DNA of 62,825 bases, counting the filler, from Sphacelaria rigidula (taxonomy: Eukaryota), in assembly GCA_964200075.2 (NCBI GenBank). It is 6 parts of 6 records of this genome, joined end to end, with 100 filler letters (N's around TTAATTAATTAA, not from the genome) between each part and the next. Parts side by side here need not be neighbours in the genome. Positions count along the whole stretch, not along the records: positions 41,954 to 52,339 come from CAXNAA020006597.1; positions 52,440 to 62,825 come from CAXNAA020006598.1; 4 more parts are not named here. One strand, written 5' to 3'. Both the position numbers and the translations under genes were made by a program. How positions within the stretch are numbered: position 1 is the first letter of the stretch; every line of letters starts with the position of its first letter. Under the pieces are notes generated by a model. The model ran no database searches and was not told the DNA's origin. It saw nothing but the letters and a program-made list of their open reading frames with translations. Positions 49,801 through 59,566 of this stretch are shown here, piece by piece.

Positions 49801-50590
49801 GCAGCGTAGAGCGGTTTCTGAGTGGGTGGACGTGTTGCCTGCGGTGCAATGGGCGCTCAATACAGCGTATCGTCGTCCTTACGATAGTACGCCGTACCAC
49901 GTGACGTTTGGTCGTGCTCTTTGGACGTCTTTCTCGGTGTTGGTGTCTTCGTCCGCGGGGGAATGGAATCATGATGTCGTGGATAATGTTCAAATGAAGA
50001 GTGCATTGCAAGGAGTCTTGGACTTGCAAGAACGTTCCCACGTTCAAGTGCAGGAACGTGTTGCCGCTGAACGTGCGCGTAGACGTGAGGGGTCCTCGTC
50101 GGGGCTGGAATTGCCGGATTCTGAGGTAGGCGACTACGTCTTGTATGCACGCGTGCGTTGTCCGAGCGTCACGCCTAAATTGCTCGCGACTTGGACTGGT
50201 CCGTGGAGAGTGGTTGACGCTCACCATCCGCACGTGTTTGAGATTCAAAACATTATTTTGGGTCGTATTCAGACCGCCCATGTAGCTCGTTTGCGTTTTG
50301 ATGCAGACTGCCAGCTTTATGTCACAGCTGACGTTAAGGACGTGTTCCAGCATGCTTTCAATCAAGGGCAATTTCAGATGGCTGGTATTGTCCGAGTGGC
50401 AGAAGCAGACGATCGTTCGTTGATTGTGTTGGTCGACTGGGTTGGTTTAGAAGTTGAAAAGCGTACGTGAGAGCCTTTCAAGGATATTTTTGAGGCCGCT
50501 CCGGAATTTTTCACGAAGGTGTTGCGTAAATTGCGGGTGACTCGTGCCGTTGCTGCTCGCATTACGCGTGAGTTTGGTACTTAGTTGTGA
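46853..50590 (+). pseudogene. pol: Gypsy pol with stops and deleted RT core
   Basis: PR VLDSGA; RT N-terminus SPAMAIPKKDSLRLASDY; RNaseH IFTDHRNL; IN H-x4-H...CLHC, VHFDF, PWSNGTCERM; chromo-like LVDWVG...T(W)EP. Confidence 0.92.
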
Positions 50591-50655
50591 CTTACTCATC
50601 GTTTTGGCGTTTTTTATGTGTCAAGCTTGTTAATCGATCTTCGTTTTGGGGGTGC

Positions 50656-50923
50656 TGTGACGAAATTACGCCGTTACGTTGAGTTCGTAGTGATCTGAAT
50701 AATGACCGGGGGCACGGGGATTCTGGAGGATTCTGGGAGGATTCTGGATAATGACCGGGGACACGGGGATGATACCATGTGGGTCTATGAGACTGTGCTT
50801 GCAAGGGCACTCCGAATAATGAGATGGTGTACTCGCAAAGGCTGACGACTGAAAACTGAGGCCAGTGAGACTTGGGAGGCCCTCAACAGCAGTGATCCAC
50901 CAGTTCTTCTGGCTGGCGTCTCT
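50656..50923 (+). repeat. Gypsy 3' LTR
   Basis: Follows gggggtgc; direct repeat of 45269-45533. Confidence 0.9.
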
Positions 50924-51797
50924 TTACCTATGATTCACCTCGTATGAATGGAAGGAGAACGTGTGCCCATGATTTATGCTGCATGAACGGAAATTGAGAA
51001 ACATGCACCTATGATTCACGCCACATGAAAGGGTAGGAAACGTGTACCTTTGACGGTGTACCGCATGGATCACAAACCCAAAACATGTACAAATCACATC
51101 TTGAGTACGAATCGTATGATCGATTCGTCCAAATGTTGAATATGAGTCGAATCGCGATTTTAGTCGTCCGAACCGTGACCTTGTTGTCGTCGATCTCTGG
51201 GGTGCTCCTCTGGCATGTTGTGCTTATTGAGTCATGGTACAGCGGCGCTCCGTACGGCACCAGCGTCAGAGACCTTGTCAAGAGCAATAAAGCCCCCGAC
51301 TGCGCGAGGCGCGACGGCACCGCAATCGGAGAGTCATATCTAATTCCTGCAGCGCGGCTGTACCGTTGTCGAAAAGTACATGCGCCCGGCACGGCATGTT
51401 TCAACCACTGCAGCTATGGCAAGCAAGAAACAGGGCAATGGCCATCATGGCACACGAGCTGGGTCGGCCAATGCTCTGTCGCCTCCGTCCGCAGGTCATG
51501 CGCGGCGCATTTTTTCTATTTTCGGGCTAAAATTTCGAGAGCAGAGAAAAAACACATATACCTACAATGGGATTGGAAGCCGCTAAGCTGTGTCTTTTTT
51601 ATACCCCAACTCCGGGCGATGCAAGTTTTGGGGATTTTGTCAGATCCCTTGAAATAAGTAAAAAAACGAGAAAGAACTTTGTGGATTCTAATCCGATGGG
51701 AGGCCTACGTGTTGTTTCTCTGCTGTCAATGTTTTCCCCCCGAATCCGAGACCATGCGCCGCGTATTGTCGTTCTCGCGTAACCATACCATCAGAGT

Positions 51798-51880
51798 GCC
51801 CCGGTGGTCCAATGGTCAGACTACCAGCAGCAGGGTGCAGAGATCATGGGTTCTATTCCCGCTGGATGCGTGTTTTTTTT
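51798..51880 (+). other. tRNA-like Pol III cassette (SINE head or pseudo-tRNA)
   Basis: A box TGGTCCAATGG, B box GGTTCTATTCC and T8 run; no clean cloverleaf. Confidence 0.55.
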
Positions 51881-51969
51881 CGGAATATAGGATTCCACCG
51901 GTGGAAACGTAAGGGTGTGAGGAGAGAGGAGTTGATCCCAACGTTGAGAGCACGGACGGGTCTCGAGGA

Positions 51970-52339
51970 GGGGGGGTGTACTCATGATCATGCATGCCAT
52001 AGTCATAAGACCATTGACCTCGCATCCCTACAAAGCCGGGATGGAGCACGCCGGGTTTTCGCCGGACCAGGCCCGTACCCAATCACCGAGCGCGAAGCGC
52101 CGTGATGTGTTCGTCGAGTCGCATGAAGGGTAAGCTGCAGCCTGCAAAATTGTTCGGCCCGAAGTCCACTGATTGTCTCGCATTTGGATGACAGCCTACA
52201 ATGAGTTGCATTATTTTCTGGTATTGCCACCTCCAGAGACAGCCACGGCTTATACACTGCCTCATGGATGCCTCACCATGTAAACACTACGTGGTACGAT
52301 CATCCCCTTTGTGCGGAGTTGAGATTCTCCCACGCCGCA
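51970..52339 (-). mobile_element. Oligo(C)-ended family X copy truncated by the contig end
   Basis: Reverse complement colinear with 53862-54231. Confidence 0.75.
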
Positions 52340-52439
52340 NNNNNNNNNNNNNNNNNNNNNNNNNNNNNNNNNNNNNNNNNNNNTTAATTAATTAANNNNN
52401 NNNNNNNNNNNNNNNNNNNNNNNNNNNNNNNNNNNNNNN
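52340..52439. other. Artificial contig spacer
   Basis: 44 N + TTAATTAATTAA + 44 N. Confidence 0.99.
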
Positions 52440-53235
52440 GGGTTCTCATCCTCAATGAAAATCTCCATCCTCAACATAGATGATCCGCTGTTTTTAGGGT
52501 GTTCTAGAATGATAAAGACCATTTTTTCACGAGAACGCCCTAACCTATATGAAAAACAAAAAATGAAGGTCCATTTTGTTTTTCGGCACACTTTCGTGGT
52601 TCTCCATGCTAATTTTCAAATCACAATTTTAAAAGTTGAACTAAAACATCGAGATAAGGCCGAAGAGCAATGTTCATTTCTTCTCAAAACTCCACTAAAA
52701 ACACGAAAAAAATGAAGAAAAAATGAAAAAGAAATAAGGAAACGAGCAATTTTTATTTTTCTATCATGCACTAGCGGTTCGCCACACGAAATTTCATTAA
52801 ATAACTCTCAAAAACTGAGACGAGATATCCAGATTTAGGGCATCTAGTGCCTCTGCTCGTAATATATTGATTTTAGTATAAAACTTATGTGCGCCATATC
52901 TCGGTATAGATAACGAGTTAGATAAAGGTGAGGGTATCTACCGTCTCCCCTTGCTCCAGAGAATGTTCACACCAAAATTCGTCGTCATCCGCTGAATGCT
53001 TTGATCGGGGGGTTCATATAGATTTTGGTGTGGACACCATCTCCGTTAGGTATAGGAATTACTAGACATGGGGTTTCATCAACGAGAAAATATGGGCCCA
53101 AACTTTTGAGCAGATGTGCACCTTTCCCTTGGTTAGACTATTATCACGATATTATGCGGATCACGACCCAACTCGTCGGTGTCGATGAGATATTGCTTTT
53201 AGAGCTTTAATCCGTGTCTAGGCTGGCGAAGCTCG
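52440..53235. mobile_element. Partial Tc1/mariner-like element (family of 12267-13466)
   Basis: Colinear with about 12730-13466; ends ctaggctggcgaagctcg|TA; followed by a family X tail at 53238-53273. Confidence 0.8.
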
Positions 53236-53664
53236 TATGACTATGGCATGCAGGATCGTGAGTACACCCCCCCTCCTCCTCCCTATTTACTCGTTAGCAT
53301 TGTAGAAACATGACACACATTCTGCAGATGTCACCATGAAGGCAGCGAAAGGAACTCCGCAAGGTATGCACATGACTCGTGAAGACGACGGATCTCTCCT
53401 CCACACCTTTAACGGGTGTGATTTGGTCTAAAGTCAGCTCCACAACTCAGCCGTCTTGTTGCTTCTGTACAGATCATATCAAGTCGGTTCTTCTGACTTG
53501 CAGTCATTTCGTGACTACTTCACGAAAACGGTGAACCTATACCGTTTTTTTAAGTTCAATAACATGCGTTCAACGAATAAACCGATGTCAGGCTCAGAGG
53601 TCCGACTACGTCTGGAAGCTGAGTCGTCTTGATTCAGAGGACACCCGGCGCGCCCCCCTGATTA

Positions 53665-54225
53665 GCCTGGCCCGGCGAAAACCCGACGTACTCCGTCCCG
53701 GCTTTGTAGGGGCGGACCCCCGATGGGGTTGGCGTCGCTTCGCGACGACGCTATACAAGACGCCACTCATTGCGTGTGCTAGGCAAGCAGGCTTCCGATT
53801 TGGTTTTTGCGCTTGCGTTTTTTTGCGGTAACCATGGTGGTGGTCGAGCTAGATCATATTATGCGGCGTGGGAGAACCTCAACTCCGCGCAAAGGAGAGG
53901 GTCGTACTACATAGTGTTTGAATAGTGAGAGACTCATGTGCCAGTGTGTAGGCCGTGGCTGTCGCTGGAAGTGGCGATACCAGAAAATGAAGCAACTTAT
54001 TGGAGGTTGTCATCCAAATGCAAAATAATCAATGCGCTTCGGACCGAGCAATCTAAGCAGGATGCAGTTCATCCTTCATGCGACTCGCCGAACACATCAC
54101 GGCGCTTCGCGCTTGGCGAATGACTGCGAGCGTGGTCCGACGAAAACCCGGCGTGCTCCGTCCCGGCATTGTAAAGATGCGAGGTCAATGGTCATTTGAG
54201 TATGGCGTGCAAAATCATGTGTACA
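53665..54225 (+). mobile_element. Oligo(C)-ended family X, bounded copy
   Basis: 12-bp direct repeat CCCCCCTGATTA at 53653-53664 and 54226-54237. Confidence 0.75.
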
Positions 54226-54500
54226 CCCCCCTGATTACGGCTATTGCGAACCCTTTGGGGTGTGGTGCAATTCATCGCTCATATCCCATCCCATTTCACA
54301 ACTTACAACGTAGACAAGAGAGAACTCGAAAAGCTCCGGAAAGTTTACCCTTTTGGAACCCATTGATGATTTCTGTTTTCGTTAATCGGTACCATTTTCA
54401 GTCATTTCCGAGTCAAAATGATGCCGGTTCACAAAAACAGAAATCGGCAATAGCTTCCAAAAGGGTGAACAAAGTAGAATCTCAAATCATCGTCGCTCAC

Positions 54501-54569
54501 CTCTCCGTGGCGATTTCCAGCAAGCCATTCCCCCGAGTAAGTCGATCCCACATCATAGATGAAAGTGCC
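54501..54569 (-). CDS. MORN-repeat protein exon (one 23-aa repeat)
   Basis: gcag|GGC...GAG|gtgagc; 69 bp, phase 0-0; GTFIYDVGSTYSGEWLAGNRHGE fits MORN YxGxWxxGxxHGxG. Confidence 0.85.
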
Positions 54570-54907
54570 CTGCTCGCCATGAGTCGACAACATCGATGAA
54601 GGTGTGATGACCATTGCACGTCGAAAATGTTATTTAATGCGCTAGAGTCATGGAAGCACTACAACGTGAAGTGGGGGTATTTGACACATTCTCCACGTGT
54701 TCACGTTGACTACATGCAGAAATCCTAACCTGTTAGATTCACAGGTGAAGCCAACTTGTCCTATAACTGGTCTGCTGAACGCGTTACGCACATGCCTTGC
54801 TTTCTGAGACAATCGTTGTTGCGTATCCGTACATACATCAACTGGAAATAGTACCGACAGCGAAAAACGGAACAATCACCCCCACATCAAACTCCACGAA
54901 GGCAAAC

Positions 54908-54908
54908 A

Positions 54909-54953
<45 letters not shown>
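54908..54953. repeat. (GAC)n microsatellite in a MORN gene intron
   Basis: Perfect trinucleotide run. Confidence 0.9.
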
Positions 54954-54954
<1 letters not shown>

Positions 54955-55097
54955 CACAGCGGATTTGGGAGAATGTGCCAAGCCCTGATGGCAACACCGA
55001 AAGGTAGACGTTCCTGCCAGTGCTACTGTAGCAAAGTGCCGAGCCTGAAAATACAGACAGCTGAAATCCAGTGTAATAGTTCACTGAAGATCCTCAC

Positions 55098-55166
55098 CGT
55101 TCCACCTTTCTTGCCGTGAGCAAGTTCTCCTTGATAAGACTCGCCCCACGGAGATAACCACTTACC
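55098..55166 (-). CDS. MORN-repeat protein exon (one 23-aa repeat)
   Basis: acag|GGT...ACG|gtgagg; 69 bp, phase 0-0; GKWLSPWGESYQGELAHGKKGGT. Confidence 0.8.
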
Positions 55167-56910
55167 CTGTTCGAGAATGCAGCAATAAATTGTGGCGTGC
55201 GCCGATCAGTCATGTGCTTCATCGATCACTGCAATCTCAAACCGTTTACTGTTGAATGTCAAAAATGGTGGCGAGTGGATGCAATCCTCGAGTGTAAACA
55301 CGGACCGCGCTAGCAAGGAGGTAGTTACATCGGGTTCATATCAAAAGGCTGTCTCTCACCACTCCATGCGGTTTGCCATCTTGCCAGTCTCCCATGTAGG
55401 TGCGCCCATCTCCATACCGTTGCCAACCCTGTGCACAATGTCGAAAAGGCACGATGATGCACTATACAACAGCATCTTGTGAGAATGGAAAAAATAAAAT
55501 AAAAACTCACTTCGCGGCAGCACGATACAGTACAGAGCGTTGCAATGTGACGAAAAAGTAAACTCGCTGCCGTAAAGAAATTCAGTGTGTGTCAAGGTTG
55601 GAGTTCCGGTGTGTTCCACTTCGCACAGTGCACCTCATCTGCGCATCTCGTAAACGGTACGGTGTCTGCTACGTTGTTCAGGCAAAAAGCACAGCCGTAG
55701 AACCCCTTCATTCCACAGCGATTGGTTCGTCTTCGGCTTCAAAGCCTTTGGGATTCGCACTGCAGCGTCACTAACGTCAGTTCACAACAGATTGACCCTA
55801 CCGTAAACGGGATAGAACTGACTGCGTCGCGGTGGAAAGGATAGGATATCCTCAGTGTACAGAAGAATCGAGTTCAATCATTTGTCAACCATGTTACATT
55901 TGTACTTATTGATGACACAGCTGACGTTGACGTTACATACTATTGTTGTGCATGCAGCCGTCACACCATATGCCTAGGCGGCACTATTGCACACCTGCCC
56001 GTCCCGCTGACCGTTCTTCCAATTGCCGACAAACGTCTTTCCGCAGGACCATTTCATCACACCCTGACAAAAAAACGTGCGGAGCAAGCGACACACAAGC
56101 GCGCCAAGGTGTAACATAAGAGAATCGCATGTGATCATCACCGACCGGAAACATTTTTCGCCTTCTCCCAGTTGTCACAGCAGCTAGGCTTCGGGAGCAG
56201 GATTCCGACAGAGGTACACGAATCGCTGTCGTCGACTCGTGTATCATCTCGATGTCCAACCGGTAGTACTACCAATATATACCTTAACGGCTTCAAAGGA
56301 ATCAACACCACTACGGCATTATTTCGCGCTTTGGTATGCAACGTATCCATGTGCATACAAGCATTCGGAATTGAACACCCCCCTCTCATCCTCGCCCCCC
56401 CCCCCCTCCGGTGGAAAGAACGAAACCATTTGTCACATGGGGAGGAAATCGGTTCTCGAAAAGAAATCGAAAATCGGAATAAAATCAAAACAGAACACGG
56501 AAAAAAACACCGCATGCAAAAGCATCATGACATGAGACCATGCAAATCATTGGGGTTAAAAATGGCGACGGTTGTTGTACGGCAACGACAGCAAGGTTGA
56601 CTATTTGAGATTGGCAATGGACATTCGGTCGCGGTTGTACTTGACTCGAAAGGGGCAGGGAACGGTCCAGTCTAAGAGACACCGTTTATGTTCGTCCCGA
56701 TCAAGAAATTCCTTGCCTGGTACACTCACCATTCAATCACTCGACTGAGCTAGTACACAGTACGAATAACCCTTTGATGTAGACACAGCGCATGCCACGC
56801 CATCGGAGGTAAATGCGCTGTGGTTGGGGTGTTGCGGATATAATGGGTGGGAAGCTGGCAGCTGAAAATTTTCTCAGATCAGACAAAATCTGCGAACGCG
56901 AAACTCTCAC

Positions 56911-56994
56911 ATATCCATTCGGCACGCCTTGGTCTGCGAGTCCGTTATAGTTCCCGACTCCGTGAGATAGTCCGTCGTCCCATTCCATCTCCAC
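56911..56994 (-). CDS. MORN-repeat protein exon (degenerate repeat)
   Basis: gcag|GTG...TAT|gtgaga; 84 bp, phase 0-0; VEMEWDDGLSHGVGNYNGLADQGVPNGY, completed by the G of the next exon. Confidence 0.7.
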
Positions 56995-57232
56995 CTGCGC
57001 TCGTATTGTCGTTAGGAACAAAGCGAAATGAGTTCGGTGTGGTAAACGGGCGACTGCCAAAATAAAACAAAATCAGCGTTTTTGCGAAAACTAGCGACTT
57101 CGATTACGATATATTCAACATGAGTCGGTCAGTGAGAAACAGGATTCATAAGGAAAAAGCTCGCGGGGTACAGGCACAAGTTATCGGGTAGGTGGGAGCC
57201 TCCCACCAAAAACAGTGCGCAGAGTTGCTTAC

Positions 57233-57689
57233 GTACCGATTGACTGCTGAGCCAGTCAGCCAGCGCTAGCTGTTTAGCTCAGCAGTCAATCGGTATCTTA
57301 ACGAAAGCTAAGTTCGATGGGTCCGTCGCCTGACCCCGAACACTCACAGCGCTGGCTGTTTAACTCAGCAGTCAACCCGTATCGTAACAAAAAGCTAAGT
57401 TCTCGGGTTCGAATCCCTGTACAAGCAAAAGCATTCTTTGTTGTTGCGAGACTGCGGTCGAAACAGACGGGGGGGAAATCCAAAGAACTTGACTTCGATG
57501 TTGAGCACCGGGTGCGATCGGAGTCTACCGGGTAAACTTGACAGCGTTGATTACAGAGATAGCAACCCTGGGGTGAGAGTACTCGGGGTCATGCGACGGA
57601 CCCACCGAACTTAGCTTTTGTTAAGATACCGATTGGCTGCTGAGTTGAACAGCCAACGCTGACTGACTAGCTCAGCAGTCAACTGGTAC
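57233..57689. mobile_element. Fold-back element with tRNA-derived inverted arms (about 115 bp) and an internal tRNA-like head
   Basis: 57233-57347 is the reverse complement of 57572-57689; internal 57355-57427 has A-box-like TAACTCAGCAG and B box GGTTCGAATCC. Confidence 0.75.
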
Positions 57690-59566
57690 CTTAACAATAG
57701 TCACTGTTTGTTAGCAGCCAGCCGCTACTGTGCTGTACTGTGTGGTGTATATCAGACGCGCGTCAAACCTGATCGGGAGGTGAAACGTGAATCCGCTTGT
57801 TGACCGTGCAAGCACAATAACGCGATAATAAATAATCGGGTCGAAAGGATGCATCGCCCATCTAGAACTTCAAGCAGTGTCTGCAGAAGCGGGGGGCACA
57901 AACGTAAAGCGCATAGCCAGCCACATCAAACATGCGGCATAAAAAGCTGGAGAAACGCATGCGTGCGGCACAGAAATTTCCTACGATACACGGCAAGCAC
58001 ATCACCTTCACAGGCGGTACTGCAGAGTTGAATGAATAATTAACAGACTGGTCCACATGATTGCGATGTGTATTGGACAAGCGTGTTCTTAAATATGGCG
58101 CTCCCACGTGCCCACTCATCGTACATGGCGCACAACTTGTGGACGATGCATAAGACAACCAATATACATTGTGAACCACGAGGAAGGATGTGCATTGACC
58201 GCGTGATATACATTGGACCGCGTAGCGCGCACGCGTATCACTCGGACAATATTTGTTTGCAGCGTATCATGAAGCGCACACCTTTATAAGCTCAACCGGC
58301 CAAGAGCTTGAAAATTCGCCAAGATCGTACTACGCGCGGCTCAATTGTTTTGCTTTTTGCATCTGGTAGTGTTTCAGTTGGGACCTTATCTTTTTGCGCG
58401 TGATCAGCAAAAACGTCGCCACGACATTCACGTCCCACGCGAACGCTTTTGCTTTTTTTACGAGATCCGATCGATCAATCGGGTTGGCCGTGACTATGGT
58501 TGGTCGTATCTCGGCGAGAAAACAAAGATCAGGTGGCGTCTGAAAGTGTCGAGGGGTATCTTGCAATTATACGTGTCATTTTATTTGTTTTTGTCGCACT
58601 TCAACTGACTTCCATGGGAAAAGATGGTGTTCAAATCCGAAAACGTGACCTCAGTGTGACGAGATTCGATATTTGTACCAAGATCGCCCAGCATACCCAT
58701 TCATTCATGGCATAGGGCTTACGCTACAATCTCAGATCAACAATGAACCACAGAATGGGCCGTACGTCAATATGGACCGCACGAGACGACAAAGCGTTTT
58801 TATCCGTTTTACCTCAAATGGCAGCATAGCACATATCCGCAGGTGTTGTAGCTGAAGGATTTCAAATGACGGTGTTTCCGGCACATTTGGCGCAAAGAGT
58901 ACATTTTACAGTCGAAAAACGTGAAGATATACAATTTCTGATCTCAAGCTAACTTTTGAATGTCAAGTTAGAACATGGCTACCTGTACAGCTGAATGCAG
59001 TTCTCGAGCGTGCCCATGGGTGAAACCCTGTCTACAGGTTATTGAGTTTTGTTTCTTGGCCCCCAAGGTAAAATTGTGGGCCAATAAAACGTGGACCTGT
59101 TGAAGTTGTCTGCACAAGAACATTATGAACGACTACATCACGTTATGCGAGGACTTCACAGAAGGTTGGTGGTTTTGCACACCGTCGTGTGGGCTTTCAA
59201 ACGCTTTCCAGACCTAAACCGCCAGCATGGTTAGTACTCTCGCACATGTCACAGAATGCGACGTGCAACTTGAGGTTTACTCAGGATGATAGCACAGTGC
59301 GACAACACAAAGCTAGACCTCAACAAAACCCGCAGGTGGGCAAGAATATCGTCTGGGTACTCTTTCCATGTGCTGTAATGAGTCGAAACCCGTACACCAT
59401 TTAACATGCAGGGAAACAAACAGCACACACCAACTGCGTCCACGTGCTCTGTGCTTACTACAAAATTTGAAGTTCTGAACGGCATCTATGATACCGCCGG
59501 TACACTAAAAATCTCCCATGACATGCAGCACGGCGTGAGATAGGGGGGATGGCCTACACTGACGTA

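Larger units (their letters stand above)
45269..50923 (+). mobile_element. Ty3/gypsy LTR retrotransposon with chromodomain-like integrase tail; two LTRs; decayed
   Basis: LTRs 45269-45533 and 50656-50923 (consensus TGTGACG...CGTCACA); 4-bp flanks gtac/ttac; gag-PR-RT-RH-IN order. Confidence 0.95.
43875..51177. mobile_element. TIR DNA element with a 42-bp tandem array, interrupted by a gypsy insertion
   Basis: Perfect 14-bp TIR CACGGTTCGGACGA / TCGTCCGAACCGTG; the array continues on both sides of the gypsy. Confidence 0.7.

Noticed and set aside
48479..50371. Long minus-strand ORFs of 318 and 300 aa
   Set aside because: Antisense shadows of gypsy pol.
47389..50470. Many Trp-to-stop changes in gypsy pol as evidence of RIP- or APOBEC-like editing
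   Set aside because: Transitions at TGG are the commonest route to a stop codon; no context bias can be shown without a family alignment.
51798..51880. Functional tRNA gene
   Set aside because: A and B boxes are present but the acceptor and anticodon stems do not pair convincingly; the same applies at 5610-5687, 25240-25310 and 57355-57427.
54797..55084. Poly-Asp, poly-Val or poly-Ser ORFs
   Set aside because: Produced by a (GAC)n microsatellite between two MORN exons that splice in frame without it.
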